Shown here piece by piece: positions 28,918 through 39,442 of a stretch of DNA of 64,000 nucleotides. Within the stretch, counting starts at the first letter, position 1. Every line of letters begins with the position of its first letter. This DNA is from Oscillospiraceae bacterium (GTDB lineage Bacteria; Bacillota; Clostridia; Oscillospirales; Oscillospiraceae): contig JAHHRZ010000005.1 in the NCBI GenBank assembly GCA_020025515.1, positions 53,628-117,627 of the forward strand, written 5' to 3'. The notes beneath the pieces are model-generated. The model saw only the letters and a program-made list of their open reading frames with translations. It made no database searches and was not told the origin of the DNA. A program made the translations under genes and the position numbers.

Positions 28918-28946
28918 GTAGAGTCCTTCTTTCTGATGAGGGAATG

Positions 28947-30275
28947 TTATGATTCTGATTTGACAGGAGTAAAGACCTTGTCGATGGCATATTCCGCCAA
29001 TTCCCGAACTACTTCGTCCAGGTCAATGGTGGTGAACTTGCCGCCGGCATAGAGTATTTTACCGCGAACCATAGTTAAGGCTACATCAGAGCCGTGAGCA
29101 GAATAGACCAGACTGGAAAGAATATTATGACTTGGCATCAGATGAGGAGCAGTGAAGTCTACCAGAATCAGGTCGGCATCCATTCCCACCTTCAGCATAC
29201 CGCAGGAGTCCTGACGGCCCTGCGCTCTTGCGCCGCAGACAGTGGCCATCATCAGGCTGGCCTGAGGCGGCATGACGGAAGGATCTCCGGTACGCTGTTT
29301 TTCCAGAAGTCCGAGAAGCTTCATTTCCTCAAACAGATCGAGATTGTTGTTGCTTGCGGCGGAATCCGTGCCAAGGGCCACATTCATGCCGGACTTTACC
29401 AGCTCCATCACGGGAGCGGCGCCGGAGGCAAACTTCATGCCGGAGACGGGACAGCATACCGCAGAGGCCTTTCTCTTGGCAAGCAGAAGTCTGTCTTCTT
29501 CCTCCAGGTGCGCACAGCCTGCGGCGGTAGCGGAAACGCCGAAAATCCCGTGGCAATCCAGAAGGGCGGCAGAGGAAAGACCGGTGCGATCCTGGCAGGA
29601 TGTCTCTTCTTCCTTGGTTTCTGCCAGATGGAGCTGGATTCCCAACCCCTGCTCCCGGGCGTAGGCAGACAGAGGCTCCCAAAGACGGTAATTTCCGGTG
29701 TATTCTCCCTGAAGACCTGCATCAATGCGGATTCTGCCATGGTCGTAGTTGTGCCACTTTTCCACCAGCTCCCGGAAGCTTTTGCAGGCGGGATCTGTTT
29801 CAAAGTCAAAATCCTGACTTTCATCTGCAAAAAGAGACAGAGGCGGGGCAATGTTTGCCTTGAGTCCGGCATCTGCAACAGCCTGGGCGGTGACTTCCCC
29901 AAAGGCGAACAGGTCAGATACAGAGGTTACGCCAAAGCGGATGCACTCAGCCAGTGCCAGGGTAATACCGGCTTTGGCAGCACGGCTGTCCATGAGGTCG
30001 GTTCTGGGGAACACATAGTCCTGAAGCCACTGGCCGGGGCCGCAGTCCTCGGCGGCACCCCGCAGGAGGCTCAAAGCCAGATGGGTGTGGCAGTTGATAA
30101 GACCGGGCATCACCACCATTCCTGTGCCGTCGATGATTTTTTCGGGCGCCTCCTTAGGCGGCTCTTTGCTGATGTAGGAAATTTTGGTGCCGGTTACGCC
30201 AAGATAGGCGGAAAACAGCACATGCATCGCCTCGTCCATGGTGACGATGCTCACATTGGAAAAGAGAATATCCAT
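28947..30275 (-). CDS. Amidohydrolase (MTA/SAH deaminase-like)
   Basis: MPGLINCHTH, HLAET, LGTDSAASNN. Confidence 0.85.
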   Translation of the reverse strand: MDILFSNVSIVTMDEAMHVLFSAYLGVTGTKISYISKEPPKEAPEKIIDGTGMVVMPGLINCHTHLALSLLRGAAEDCGPGQWLQDYVFPRTDLMDSRAAKAGITLALAECIRFGVTSVSDLFAFGEVTAQAVADAGLKANIAPPLSLFADESQDFDFETDPACKSFRELVEKWHNYDHGRIRIDAGLQGEYTGNYRLWEPLSAYAREQGLGIQLHLAETKEEETSCQDRTGLSSAALLDCHGIFGVSATAAGCAHLEEEDRLLLAKRKASAVCCPVSGMKFASGAAPVMELVKSGMNVALGTDSAASNNNLDLFEEMKLLGLLEKQRTGDPSVMPPQASLMMATVCGARAQGRQDSCGMLKVGMDADLILVDFTAPHLMPSHNILSSLVYSAHGSDVALTMVRGKILYAGGKFTTIDLDEVVRELAEYAIDKVFTPVKSES

Positions 30276-30303
30276 GAAATTGCTCCTTGCACAAATTGGA
30301 AAA

Positions 30304-31776
30304 TTACAGAGAGGGATCTGCGTCAAATTGCTCCATCCGGGCGAAAAGCTGGGCTTTTTCCTTCAGAAGAGCAGGGCCCCGCTCAATATACTGCTGGGGG
30401 AATTTGGGGTTGGGGAATCGCTCCAGTCTGCCATTGGGCAGATTGACCTTGCTCATGGCGCCGCCGCCCAGAGCCAGAATGGAGTGTACTTCTTCCATCA
30501 TGTAGATATTATACAGGCATTGGCTTCCGGGCTTGCACCAGCCTACATTCTCAAAACTGCCGGACATATACTTCTGGCGGTAGAGGTAGTAGGGCACATA
30601 GCCCAGAGAATGCAGATAGGCATTGGAAAACTCCACCATCCGACCCACCTCGCAGGCACTGGGAAGACCCTCGGTGTGCCCATAGAGGTCGGCCCCTTTT
30701 TTGATGGCCAAGGTGTGGACCGTGATGTTTTCCGGGCCCATGGCTGCAACGGCTTCCAAAGATGCCTTGAATCCTTCATAGCTGTCACCGGGCAGTCCTG
30801 CAATGAGGTCCATGTTGATTTCCCGAAAGCCTGCCTGTCTTGCCATCTGGAAAGCGGAAGGGATTTGGGCGGCTGTATGGCGGCGGCCGCAGCGGCGCAG
30901 AACCGTGTCATCCATGGTCTGAGGATTGATGCTGACACGGCGGGCACCGTTTTTATAGATGACATCCAGCTTTTCCTGATCCAGGGTATCGGGACGCCCG
31001 GCTTCTACGGTGTACTCCAAACAGCGGGACAGATCAAAGTGGGCGTTCACCGCCTGCATGAGCCGGTTCAGCTGCTGGGCAGACAGAGTGGTGGGAGTAC
31101 CGCCTCCGATATACAGTGTACGAATATGGCGGCCGGAACTTTCCAACATCTGTCCGACTCCTTCGATTTCCATAAGAAGGGTCTGCAAGAATGGTTCCAA
31201 AAGCTTTCCTGCGCCTCCGATCGAGGCACTGACAAAGCTGCAATAGGCGCATCGGGTGGGGCAGAAGGGAATTCCGATATATACGGATATGTCCTTGCTG
31301 TCCAACAAGGAAGCAGCCTCTACCGTGGCTTGGGAGGCGGCAATGCACAGGTCCCGCCGGGCAGGGCTGACAAAATAGACATCCTTCATAAGCTTTTGGG
31401 CGGATTTCACAGTACCGCCTTCCAGAAGGTGTTTGGTTGTGATTTTTGTGGGGCGGACACCGGACAAGGCACCCCAGGCGGGGGCCGCAGGCAGGTGGGG
31501 CAGGGCAGCAAAGTAGTAGCTCTGCTGAAGAATCCTGCGGCGCATCTGCACGGTTTCTTCCTGCGCCTTTAACCGGCGAACGGCCCGGGTCTGCTTGCCG
31601 TGGAACCGAATGGTGGTAATGGCGGAAAGCCAGGTGTTACCCCTATGCAGGGTGGATACGGCTCCATCTTCGGAGAACGGCGCCTCCGCAGGCTCCATGG
31701 GTTCCAGGGGAAACAGGGCAAGCTGCAGCTGTTCCACGGCATAGCGATCTTCATGACCGGAAAGAAGAAGCTTCAT
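30304..31776 (-). CDS. hemZ: HemZ-like radical SAM protein
   Basis: GVRPTK, IPFCPTRCAYCSF, GGGTPT, EAGRPD, PYYLYRQK. Confidence 0.92.
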   Translation of the reverse strand: MKLLLSGHEDRYAVEQLQLALFPLEPMEPAEAPFSEDGAVSTLHRGNTWLSAITTIRFHGKQTRAVRRLKAQEETVQMRRRILQQSYYFAALPHLPAAPAWGALSGVRPTKITTKHLLEGGTVKSAQKLMKDVYFVSPARRDLCIAASQATVEAASLLDSKDISVYIGIPFCPTRCAYCSFVSASIGGAGKLLEPFLQTLLMEIEGVGQMLESSGRHIRTLYIGGGTPTTLSAQQLNRLMQAVNAHFDLSRCLEYTVEAGRPDTLDQEKLDVIYKNGARRVSINPQTMDDTVLRRCGRRHTAAQIPSAFQMARQAGFREINMDLIAGLPGDSYEGFKASLEAVAAMGPENITVHTLAIKKGADLYGHTEGLPSACEVGRMVEFSNAYLHSLGYVPYYLYRQKYMSGSFENVGWCKPGSQCLYNIYMMEEVHSILALGGGAMSKVNLPNGRLERFPNPKFPQQYIERGPALLKEKAQLFARMEQFDADPSL

Positions 31777-32378
31777 TCTGCCATCGCCTCCAGAAGGTAG
31801 GGGTTTTGTGCTCGCTCTGCTTTCAGGGTAGTATGGGGGCCGTGGCCGGGATAGGCAGGACCGTCATAGGGGAGATTGCCCAGAGATTTCAGGGAAGCTG
31901 TCATGCTGGCAGGATCTCCGCCGGGCAGATCGGTTCTGCCGCAGGAGCGGGCAAAAAGAGTGTCGCCTACAAACAGCGCGTCGTCGGTCAGGAAGCACAC
32001 GGAGCCGGGGGTGTGACCGGGGGTGTGCAGCACCTGAATGGTAAGCCCGGCCAGATTCAAACTATCTCCCTCTTCCAGAAGGTCGGTGGGGTTCAAAGGA
32101 CCGGCGGTAAGTGCCTGAGGCAGACTCAGATCAGCCCCGTGGAGATATACGGGACATTGGGCTAGGGATTGCAGCTCCTTGACACCACCCACATGGTCGA
32201 AGTGACCGTGGGTCAGCAAAATGGCCTCCACAGTGAGCCCCAGTTCCTTTGCTTTTTCCAAAGCTTTGGCCCCGTCTCCACCGGGGTCGATGACGGCACA
32301 GCCGGTGCTGTCATCAGACCGGATCAGATAGCAGTTGGTGCCATAGATGCCCAGATTTAACATATCAATTTTAGTCAT
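31773..32378 (-). CDS. MBL-fold metallo-hydrolase
   Basis: THGHFDH, HTPGHTPGS, GDTLF, YPGHG. Confidence 0.92.
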   Translation of the reverse strand: MTKIDMLNLGIYGTNCYLIRSDDSTGCAVIDPGGDGAKALEKAKELGLTVEAILLTHGHFDHVGGVKELQSLAQCPVYLHGADLSLPQALTAGPLNPTDLLEEGDSLNLAGLTIQVLHTPGHTPGSVCFLTDDALFVGDTLFARSCGRTDLPGGDPASMTASLKSLGNLPYDGPAYPGHGPHTTLKAERAQNPYLLEAMAE

Positions 32379-32406
32379 AATATTGTTTCCTTAAAAAGAA
32401 ATGTGA

Positions 32407-32874
32407 TTATTTCCGGCGTGGTTCTTCCATCAGCTGTTCGGTGTCCAGCAGGAGGGTGACAGGGCCGTCATTGACGGAGGCTACCTTCATATCTGCACCG
32501 AATTCGCCGTGCTGCGGGGGGAATCCCGCTTCCTGACATAGGGCAAGGAACCGCTCATACATGGCTCTGCCCAGATCGGGAGGGGCGGCTTCCGTAAAGC
32601 TGGGACGGCGGCCCTTGCGGCAGTTTCCATAGAGGGTGAATTGACTGACCACCAGGACACTGCCGCCTACCTGCTCCAATCCCAGATTCATTTTTCCGTT
32701 CTCATCTTCAAAGACCCGAAGCCCCAGAATCTTGTCCACCAGATATTTGCAATGGGATTCGGTATCCTGAGGGCCGACTCCCAGGAGAATGAGAAATCCT
32801 TTTTCAATTTGACCGTTGCACACTCCGTCAATGGTGACACTGGCGGAGGTCACACGGGTAACAACTGCTCTCAT
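32407..32874 (-). CDS. dtd: D-aminoacyl-tRNA deacylase
   Basis: SQFTLY, KGRRPSF, FGADM..NDGPVT. Confidence 0.95.
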   Translation of the reverse strand: MRAVVTRVTSASVTIDGVCNGQIEKGFLILLGVGPQDTESHCKYLVDKILGLRVFEDENGKMNLGLEQVGGSVLVVSQFTLYGNCRKGRRPSFTEAAPPDLGRAMYERFLALCQEAGFPPQHGEFGADMKVASVNDGPVTLLLDTEQLMEEPRRK

Positions 32875-32919
32875 AGGGGACAAACCTCCAAATTATGATA
32901 AAGTGTTGTACAGGCCTTA

Positions 32920-35124
32920 TCAGGTCTGCCCTCTTCTGGCTCCGACCACATCCTTGATGTTCAGGAGCTTGCTGAGAATGGTGTTGAGCTGCTGCACATC
33001 CTTGACTTCAAAGGACACGGTGAAGGTACTGTGTCCTCCGGGCAGGTCCCGGCCGGAAAGCTCCTTCACCCGAACCCGGGCAGAGGTCATCACCGTGGCC
33101 ACATCCAGAAGCAGACCGCCTCTGGTGTTGCAGTCCAGCTCCACCGTGGTGGTAAAGGGCTGTCCATCGTTCTGCGCCCAGTGCACGGACACCCAACGGT
33201 CTGCCTGGCTGGGGTTGCGATGGATATAATTGGGGCAGTCGGCTCGGTGGACAGACACGCCGTAGCCCTTGGTGATATAGCCGATGATGGGATCTCCCGG
33301 CACAGGGGTGCAGCACTTGGCAAACTTAATCATGCACGATTCGATATCATCCACAATCACCCCATTGACACTGTGGCGGTTTTTGCCGGGGTCCCCGGAG
33401 TCGGAAGCGGGTTTCAGATGGGCAATAGGCTCCTTGCCGCAGGAAGTGGGATTCTCGATTCCCTTTGTATACTTCAGAAGCTCGTCACGGATTCTGCCCA
33501 CGGCCTTCACGGCGGTGAGGCCGCCATATCCGATGGCGGCGTACATATCGTCCAGGCAATCAAAGCTCAGCTTTTTCAGCAGTGTGGGCAAAAGCTCATC
33601 GATGGTGAGAAGCGTAGGACTGAAGCCGGAACGGCGAAGCTCTCCTTCAAAGCTGGCTTTGCCGTGGACGATGTTCTCTTCCCGCTTTTCTCTTTTGAAC
33701 CACTGCTTGATTTTAGAGCGGGCCTGATTGCTCTTGCAAATGGCCAGCCAGTCACGGCTGGGACCCTTGGCGTTTTTGGCGGTGATGATTTCCACAATAT
33801 CGCCATTGTGGAGGACGGCATCAAAGTTGGCAATGCGGTTGTTGATTTTGGCGCCTACCATGGCATTGCCCACACCGGAGTGAATGGCATAGGCAAAGTC
33901 GATGGGAGTGGACTCGGCAGGCAGATTGATGACATTTCCCTTTGGGGTAAAGACAAAGACCTCGTCATTGAACATGTCAATCTTGAGGTTGTGGACATAA
34001 TCTTCAGCATCGGTGTCCTGCTGGCTTTCCAGCAGGCGGCGAACCCACTCGAAGCTTTTTTCCTCCCCGCTGCCAACCCCGCGCTGCTTATATTTCCAGT
34101 GAGCAGCAATGCCGTATTCTGCGGTGTGGTGCATGTCCCAGGTACGGATCTGCACTTCAAAGGGAATGCCCTGGGTGCCGATGACGGTGGTGTGCAGGCT
34201 CTGGTACATATTGGGCTTGGGGGTAGAAATATAGTCCTTGAATCGGCCGGGAACCAGGTTGAACAGGTCGTGGACATGGCCCAGAACATTGTAGCAGTCG
34301 GGAATGGTATCCACAATGACACGGAATGCATACAGATCATACAGCTCGTCCATGCTCTTGTGCTGGTCATTCATTTTCCGGTATATGGAGTAGACATGCT
34401 TGATCCGCCCGTAGATGGTGCCGTGAATGCCCACAGAGGAGAGCCGGGTGGTGATCTGGGTCTGAATGGATTTCATAAATTGATTGGATTCTTCCTCATG
34501 GGCCTTGAGGTAGTCCATGATCTTGGCATAGCCATCGGGGTCCAGATACTGCAAGCTGGTATCTTCCAGCTCCCATTTGATTTTTTGGATACCCAGACGG
34601 TGGGCCAGGGGGGCATAGATATCCATGGTTTCCATGGACTTGGAAATCTGCTTTTGAGGGGTCTGAAACTGCATGGTCCGGGTGTTGTGGAGCCGGTCGG
34701 CAATTTTAATCAGAACCACACGGATGTCCTTGCTCATTGCCATGAACATCTTGCGCAGATTTTCCATCTGCTGTTCTTCCAGAGTGGAGTATTCCACACG
34801 AGTCAGCTTAGTGACGCCCTCTACCAGTTCGGCCACCGTGGGGCTGAATAGACTGGCAATTTCGTCATGAGAAGAAGAGGTATCTTCAATACAGTCGTGA
34901 AGCAGCGCACCCAAAATGGCGTCGGTGTCCAGACCCATCTCGGCTACGATCTCAGCCACGGCCAGAGGGTGGATGATATAGGGGGAGCCGTCCTTGCGCA
35001 GCTGCCCTTCATGCTGGGCCTGGGCATAGCGCACGGCACGGTCAATGAGAGGCATATCCGCTCCCGGCATGTATTTTAAAATGGTGCGGCGCATGGATTC
35101 ATAATGATCCGCAAAAGTTTCCAT
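32920..35124 (-). CDS. relA: Bifunctional (p)ppGpp synthetase/hydrolase Rel
   Basis: PYIIHP, LLHDCIED, KIADRLHN, YQSLHT, EVQIRT, TGS, CC and ACT domains. Confidence 0.96.
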   Translation of the reverse strand: METFADHYESMRRTILKYMPGADMPLIDRAVRYAQAQHEGQLRKDGSPYIIHPLAVAEIVAEMGLDTDAILGALLHDCIEDTSSSHDEIASLFSPTVAELVEGVTKLTRVEYSTLEEQQMENLRKMFMAMSKDIRVVLIKIADRLHNTRTMQFQTPQKQISKSMETMDIYAPLAHRLGIQKIKWELEDTSLQYLDPDGYAKIMDYLKAHEEESNQFMKSIQTQITTRLSSVGIHGTIYGRIKHVYSIYRKMNDQHKSMDELYDLYAFRVIVDTIPDCYNVLGHVHDLFNLVPGRFKDYISTPKPNMYQSLHTTVIGTQGIPFEVQIRTWDMHHTAEYGIAAHWKYKQRGVGSGEEKSFEWVRRLLESQQDTDAEDYVHNLKIDMFNDEVFVFTPKGNVINLPAESTPIDFAYAIHSGVGNAMVGAKINNRIANFDAVLHNGDIVEIITAKNAKGPSRDWLAICKSNQARSKIKQWFKREKREENIVHGKASFEGELRRSGFSPTLLTIDELLPTLLKKLSFDCLDDMYAAIGYGGLTAVKAVGRIRDELLKYTKGIENPTSCGKEPIAHLKPASDSGDPGKNRHSVNGVIVDDIESCMIKFAKCCTPVPGDPIIGYITKGYGVSVHRADCPNYIHRNPSQADRWVSVHWAQNDGQPFTTTVELDCNTRGGLLLDVATVMTSARVRVKELSGRDLPGGHSTFTVSFEVKDVQQLNTILSKLLNIKDVVGARRGQT

Positions 35125-35128
35125 AGAA

Positions 35129-37174
35129 TCAGCCTTCCTTTAATCGCTCCAACAGCTGCATGGTATGGCACTGAGTCAGGTCAGCCTTGCCATGGGTGGC
35201 GATTAGGGTAATCGACAGAAATTTGTGCTGTCGTTCTTTTTGAAGTAAACCTGCCTCCTGGAAAATGTCCAGACAGGTCAGAAGTTGTGATAAGTGAAGA
35301 GGCCGCCCTGTATGCCGGACGATCTTCCGGCACAAACAGACAGGGTCCCCTGTGCAAGTGGGTCCAAGACGGCTTAAATATCGCCACACATCCGCCAAAG
35401 TCTGCCTGCTGGGCTGCATGGCCGCGGCGGCGGCAGGGGAGAGCACCTCCTGCCTGAGTAAGGTGTAGTCTGTGGGGTCTGCACTGCACGGGCATGGGCA
35501 GCTGGGCCGCACATCCAGAAGATTGACCTGCACCGAGCGGGTGCCCCGGAACTCATTGATCTGCAACGTACAGGCCAGGTCAACGATATCACCTTCGCAG
35601 ACAGCCAAAGATTGGGCTGTGGCGGAAAAACAAATGGCGTTGATCCCATGGTGGCCCTGACGCAGCCGCAGCCGCAGATGCCGCCCGTTTCCCACAGGGG
35701 TCAGACGCTCAATCAGCAGATGCTCCAGCAGGAACACAGGCTTGGGACAGCCTGCTCCGCATGGCTCCAGCCGGGACAGGGATTCCACATTGCTGATGGT
35801 CAGAAGCTCCGGGGAGATGGCACAGTCGATTTCCAGCACGGCTCTGGGACCAACCACCCCAAAGAACTGCTCTGCCAGCTTGCATACCTCCTGACGGAAG
35901 GTGTCAATCTGGTCTTTGGAGATGGTAAAGCCTGCGGCGAGCTCGTGTCCGCCGTAGCTTTCCAGAAGGGGGGACAGGGTTGTAAGGGAGGCGAAGAGAT
36001 TGAATCCTCCGTAGGAGCGGGAACTGGCCTTGCCCTTTTCCCCGTCCAGACAGATGAGGAAGGTAGGACAGCAGTATTCCTCAGCCATCCGGGAGGCAAC
36101 AATGCCCACAACGCCCTGATGCCAGTTGGCATTGGCCAGAACAATGGCCTCCGGGGTTTTCCCCTGGGGAAGCATGGACACGGCCTGTTGATATATTTCC
36201 GTCTCCACGGCCTGACGCTGGCGATTCAGCTGACACAGCTTCCGGGCAGACTCCGCCCCACACTGGGGGTCCCGGGTGAGGAACAGGTCCACAGCCAGAT
36301 CGATACACCCCATCCGCCCGGCGGCGTTGATTCTGGGAGCCAGCACAAAGCCGATGGAGCCTGCATTTAGTGTGGCCGGGTCGCAGCCGGCTTCCTCCAT
36401 CAGACTGAGAAGTCCCGGCCTTTGGGTATGCCGGAGGGACTCCAGACCTCTGCGCACAAAGACCCGGTTTTCCCCCTGCAAGGGCATCACATCGGCCACA
36501 GTACCCAGACAGACCATGTCGGCGTAACGCTGCAAAATCGTTTCCTGATTGCCCTCCAGAGCGGCAGCCAGCTTGAAGGCCACTCCGACACCGGATAAAT
36601 TTTTGTGGGGATAGCCTCCGTCTTTTCGGTGGGGGTTGACCACGGCTGTGACCTCAGGCAGCTGGTCTTTGCATTCGTGATGGTCCGTGATTACCAGCTC
36701 AATTCCCAGTTCCCGGCACAGCCTTGCCTCACTGACGGCGGTGATGCCGCAGTCAACGGTGATAATGAGCTTCACGCCCTGCTGTGCCAGATGATGGATG
36801 GCGATGGCATTGAGGCCATAGCCCTCCTCCAGGCGGCCGGGGATGTAGGACAGACAGTCAGCGCCAAGACTGCGCAGATAGTCGGTCAAAAGACAGGTAG
36901 AGGTCACGCCGTCTACATCATAGTCTCCAAAGACCGCAATCCGTTCTCCCGCCGCCAGATAATGCCGGACACAGACCACCGCTTTGTCCATGTCTTTGAG
37001 GAGAAACGGGTCCGGCAGAGGCGCATCCGTGGACAAATACGCATTGGCTTTTTGGGGTGTGTTGAACCCCCGGGCGGCCAATACCAGAGCAGTAAGGGGG
37101 GCGTATCCCCCGGCCATCAGCCCGTTGACTGCTTCTGCAGCGGGTTGAGCTACATTCCAGATTCCATACTTCAT
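35129..37174 (-). CDS. recJ: ssDNA exonuclease RecJ
   Basis: GDYDVDG, TVDCG, TDHH, PRINAAGR, GGHELAAG. Confidence 0.95.
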   Translation of the reverse strand: MKYGIWNVAQPAAEAVNGLMAGGYAPLTALVLAARGFNTPQKANAYLSTDAPLPDPFLLKDMDKAVVCVRHYLAAGERIAVFGDYDVDGVTSTCLLTDYLRSLGADCLSYIPGRLEEGYGLNAIAIHHLAQQGVKLIITVDCGITAVSEARLCRELGIELVITDHHECKDQLPEVTAVVNPHRKDGGYPHKNLSGVGVAFKLAAALEGNQETILQRYADMVCLGTVADVMPLQGENRVFVRRGLESLRHTQRPGLLSLMEEAGCDPATLNAGSIGFVLAPRINAAGRMGCIDLAVDLFLTRDPQCGAESARKLCQLNRQRQAVETEIYQQAVSMLPQGKTPEAIVLANANWHQGVVGIVASRMAEEYCCPTFLICLDGEKGKASSRSYGGFNLFASLTTLSPLLESYGGHELAAGFTISKDQIDTFRQEVCKLAEQFFGVVGPRAVLEIDCAISPELLTISNVESLSRLEPCGAGCPKPVFLLEHLLIERLTPVGNGRHLRLRLRQGHHGINAICFSATAQSLAVCEGDIVDLACTLQINEFRGTRSVQVNLLDVRPSCPCPCSADPTDYTLLRQEVLSPAAAAAMQPSRQTLADVWRYLSRLGPTCTGDPVCLCRKIVRHTGRPLHLSQLLTCLDIFQEAGLLQKERQHKFLSITLIATHGKADLTQCHTMQLLERLKEG

Positions 37175-37336
37175 CCCAATACACATCCATTATTTTTTCA
37201 TTTCCTCTTATTATAGCAAATCTTTTTACCCAGTACAATAGAGAATTCTAATTTCCTGGGAAAACCAAGGACTTGAAACTACAAATTTGCAAAAACTGTG
37301 CTATAATAGAGAAAACATCGCAAGGAGGACGGGACT

Positions 37337-38203
37337 GTGAGGCAGGCGTTTTTGGAAGAATTTCTGGAGCAAACGGGATTTCCCCCGGAGGGAAAAAAGG
37401 CTTTGATGGAGGTATACAAACAGGTGGATCTGTCCCGGATCACAGAGGAGTATCTGAAAACTTTTTCCTATGCACAGACGGAGGAACGACTGGCATTTCT
37501 GGAAGAAGAAACCGGGATATCCCGGTATACACTGTGGATGCTGCTCCTCATATCTGCGGCGGAACATACCTGGGACAAGGAACTTCTGGAGCGGGACATA
37601 TTTTGGCAGACCTTTACAGACCTGCGCTACAAAGCCCTGGAGTGTTACGGGATGTATGGGGTCTGGGGAACCTTTGTGGGATTTTGGTATCCCATTTTCT
37701 TTCAGGGAAAGCTGCGAAAGCTGGGGCGGCTGGAATATGAGGACGGCGTCTATTCGGGAGCGACTCCGGTGCAGGTGGAAGATTATACCATCCATCCGGG
37801 AGATCCGGTGAAAATGCTCCACATTCCTTCATCCATGGAGGGGTTCGGTCTGAAAGACCGGTTGGACTCCTACGCTCAGGCAGAAAAACGGTTTGGTTCC
37901 CCTCTGATTTGTTTCTGTGACTCCTGGCTCTTATACCCGCCCTATGGAGAGGCTTTGGGGGAGGGGTCCAACATTTGGGACTTTGAACGGGATTTTCAGC
38001 TGTTAGAGACAAAGCCCTGCGAGAAATTTCATGATGGATGGCGCGTCTACGGAAGAGATTGGGAGAAAGATTTTGAAGATCTTCCGGAACAAACTGCCTT
38101 ACAAAGAAAGCTCAAGGATTATTTTCGCTTGGGCGGAACCCCCGGTACAGGATTGGGGGTATTGGTGATTCAAAACGGGCGAGTGCTTACACGGAAATCA
38201 TAA
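37337..38203 (+). CDS. Putative N-acyltransferase (NAT_N/GNAT_C, DUF5596-like)
   Basis: LGRLEYE, LHIPS, CDSWLL, SNI..F, TALQR; SD AAGGAGG, GTG start. Confidence 0.65.
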   Translation: MRQAFLEEFLEQTGFPPEGKKALMEVYKQVDLSRITEEYLKTFSYAQTEERLAFLEEETGISRYTLWMLLLISAAEHTWDKELLERDIFWQTFTDLRYKALECYGMYGVWGTFVGFWYPIFFQGKLRKLGRLEYEDGVYSGATPVQVEDYTIHPGDPVKMLHIPSSMEGFGLKDRLDSYAQAEKRFGSPLICFCDSWLLYPPYGEALGEGSNIWDFERDFQLLETKPCEKFHDGWRVYGRDWEKDFEDLPEQTALQRKLKDYFRLGGTPGTGLGVLVIQNGRVLTRKS

Positions 38204-38242
38204 AAAAGGCTGCTGCAAATCCGGGTTTGCAGCAGCTTTTTT
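38202..38242. terminator. Bidirectional terminator
   Basis: A6-ggctgctgcaaa/tttgcagcagct-T6. Confidence 0.85.
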
Positions 38243-38260
38243 CTATTTTTGTAAGAATAA

Positions 38261-39007
38261 TCAGGTTCTGGCCATGCCGTCTACACTGAGGACCACACCG
38301 GTGATATAGGAAGCTTCATCAGAAGCCAGGAATACGAAGGCATTGGCAATGTCCTCAGGCTGCCCCAGACGACGCAGGGGAATTTGCTGAATCAGAGGTT
38401 CTACCATTTCTTTGGGAACGGCTCTCATCATATCGGTCTCGGTAATTCCGGGGGCCACGGCGTTGACCCGGATGCCCTTGGGGCCCAGTTCCCGGGCCAG
38501 AGAGATAGTCAGACCGTTGACGGCGAATTTGGAGGCAGGATAGGCAATGCCACTGGGCTGGCCGTAAATGCTGACCATGGAAGAGGTGTTGAGAATCACA
38601 CCGCTGCCTCGAGCAACCATGCACTCGGACGCTGCCTTCGTGGCGTTGAAAACACCTTTCACGTTCAAATCCATGACCTTATTGAAAGCTTCCTCCGTGT
38701 ATTCGGTGAAGGGAGTGCTTTCGGAAATACCGGCGTTATTTATCAGAATGTCCACACGGCCATACTGCTGGATCACTTCTTGGAACGCGTTTTTTACAGA
38801 TTCCAGGCTTGCCAGATTGGGGCTGATACCAGCCACGGTGGAGTGGGGAAATTCTTCTTCCAATTTGGCAACGGCTTTCTCTGCCGAGGCCTGGGTGCTG
38901 GCAGTCAGGATGACGGTGGCACCCTCACGCAAAAAAGCCTGGGCGGTAGCAAAGCCGATGCCACGGCTTCCGCCTGTGATGATTGCAACCTTGTCTTTTA
39001 GTCTCAT
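38261..39007 (-). CDS. SDR oxidoreductase, 3alpha-hydroxysteroid dehydrogenase-like
   Basis: TGGSRGIG, NNAG, YPASK; NTSSMVSIYGQPSG segment resembles bile-acid 3alpha-HSDHs as I recall them. Confidence 0.85.
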   Translation of the reverse strand: MRLKDKVAIITGGSRGIGFATAQAFLREGATVILTASTQASAEKAVAKLEEEFPHSTVAGISPNLASLESVKNAFQEVIQQYGRVDILINNAGISESTPFTEYTEEAFNKVMDLNVKGVFNATKAASECMVARGSGVILNTSSMVSIYGQPSGIAYPASKFAVNGLTISLARELGPKGIRVNAVAPGITETDMMRAVPKEMVEPLIQQIPLRRLGQPEDIANAFVFLASDEASYITGVVLSVDGMART

Positions 39008-39346
39008 ATCGAGTACCTCCATAAGTTTGTAGTAGTTGTTATTCATTATAGACTGGGAACATCGCTGTTTCTGTGACTAGATCACGATACAGATTCATTT
39101 CCGTAAAATCTGAGTAAAGAACAGATGAGCTTGCGGCTTACAGAAAAGGAGCAGACAGGAAAGGCCGGCGGAAAGTCTTGTGCGATGTAGCACAATGAAA
39201 CGAAGATTGCCTACATAATTTATATACATTGTCTATTTCCCTATGGAAAGAAATATGGTATTGTATTATATACAGGATTTTGTTTCATGTTTCACAAACA
39301 AAAGCGTTAGGTCTTTGAAAAATATGTGTTTTTCGACTAAAAAGGA

Positions 39347-39375
39347 TTGAAGTTCTTGCGTAAACGGGTTATAAT
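39347..39375 (+). promoter_or_regulatory. Sigma-A promoter of the glg operon
   Basis: TTGAAG-N17-TATAAT. Confidence 0.6.
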
Positions 39376-39442
39376 ATACCCAAGCTGGAAGGAACATCCA
39401 ATTTAGGAAGATTTCCTGCAGCCCGAGGGGACGAACATCTGT

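Noticed and set aside
39280..39297. Rex-like box TTGTTTCATGTTTCACAA upstream of glgB
   Set aside because: Only the right half matches the consensus, in AT-rich DNA; insufficient support
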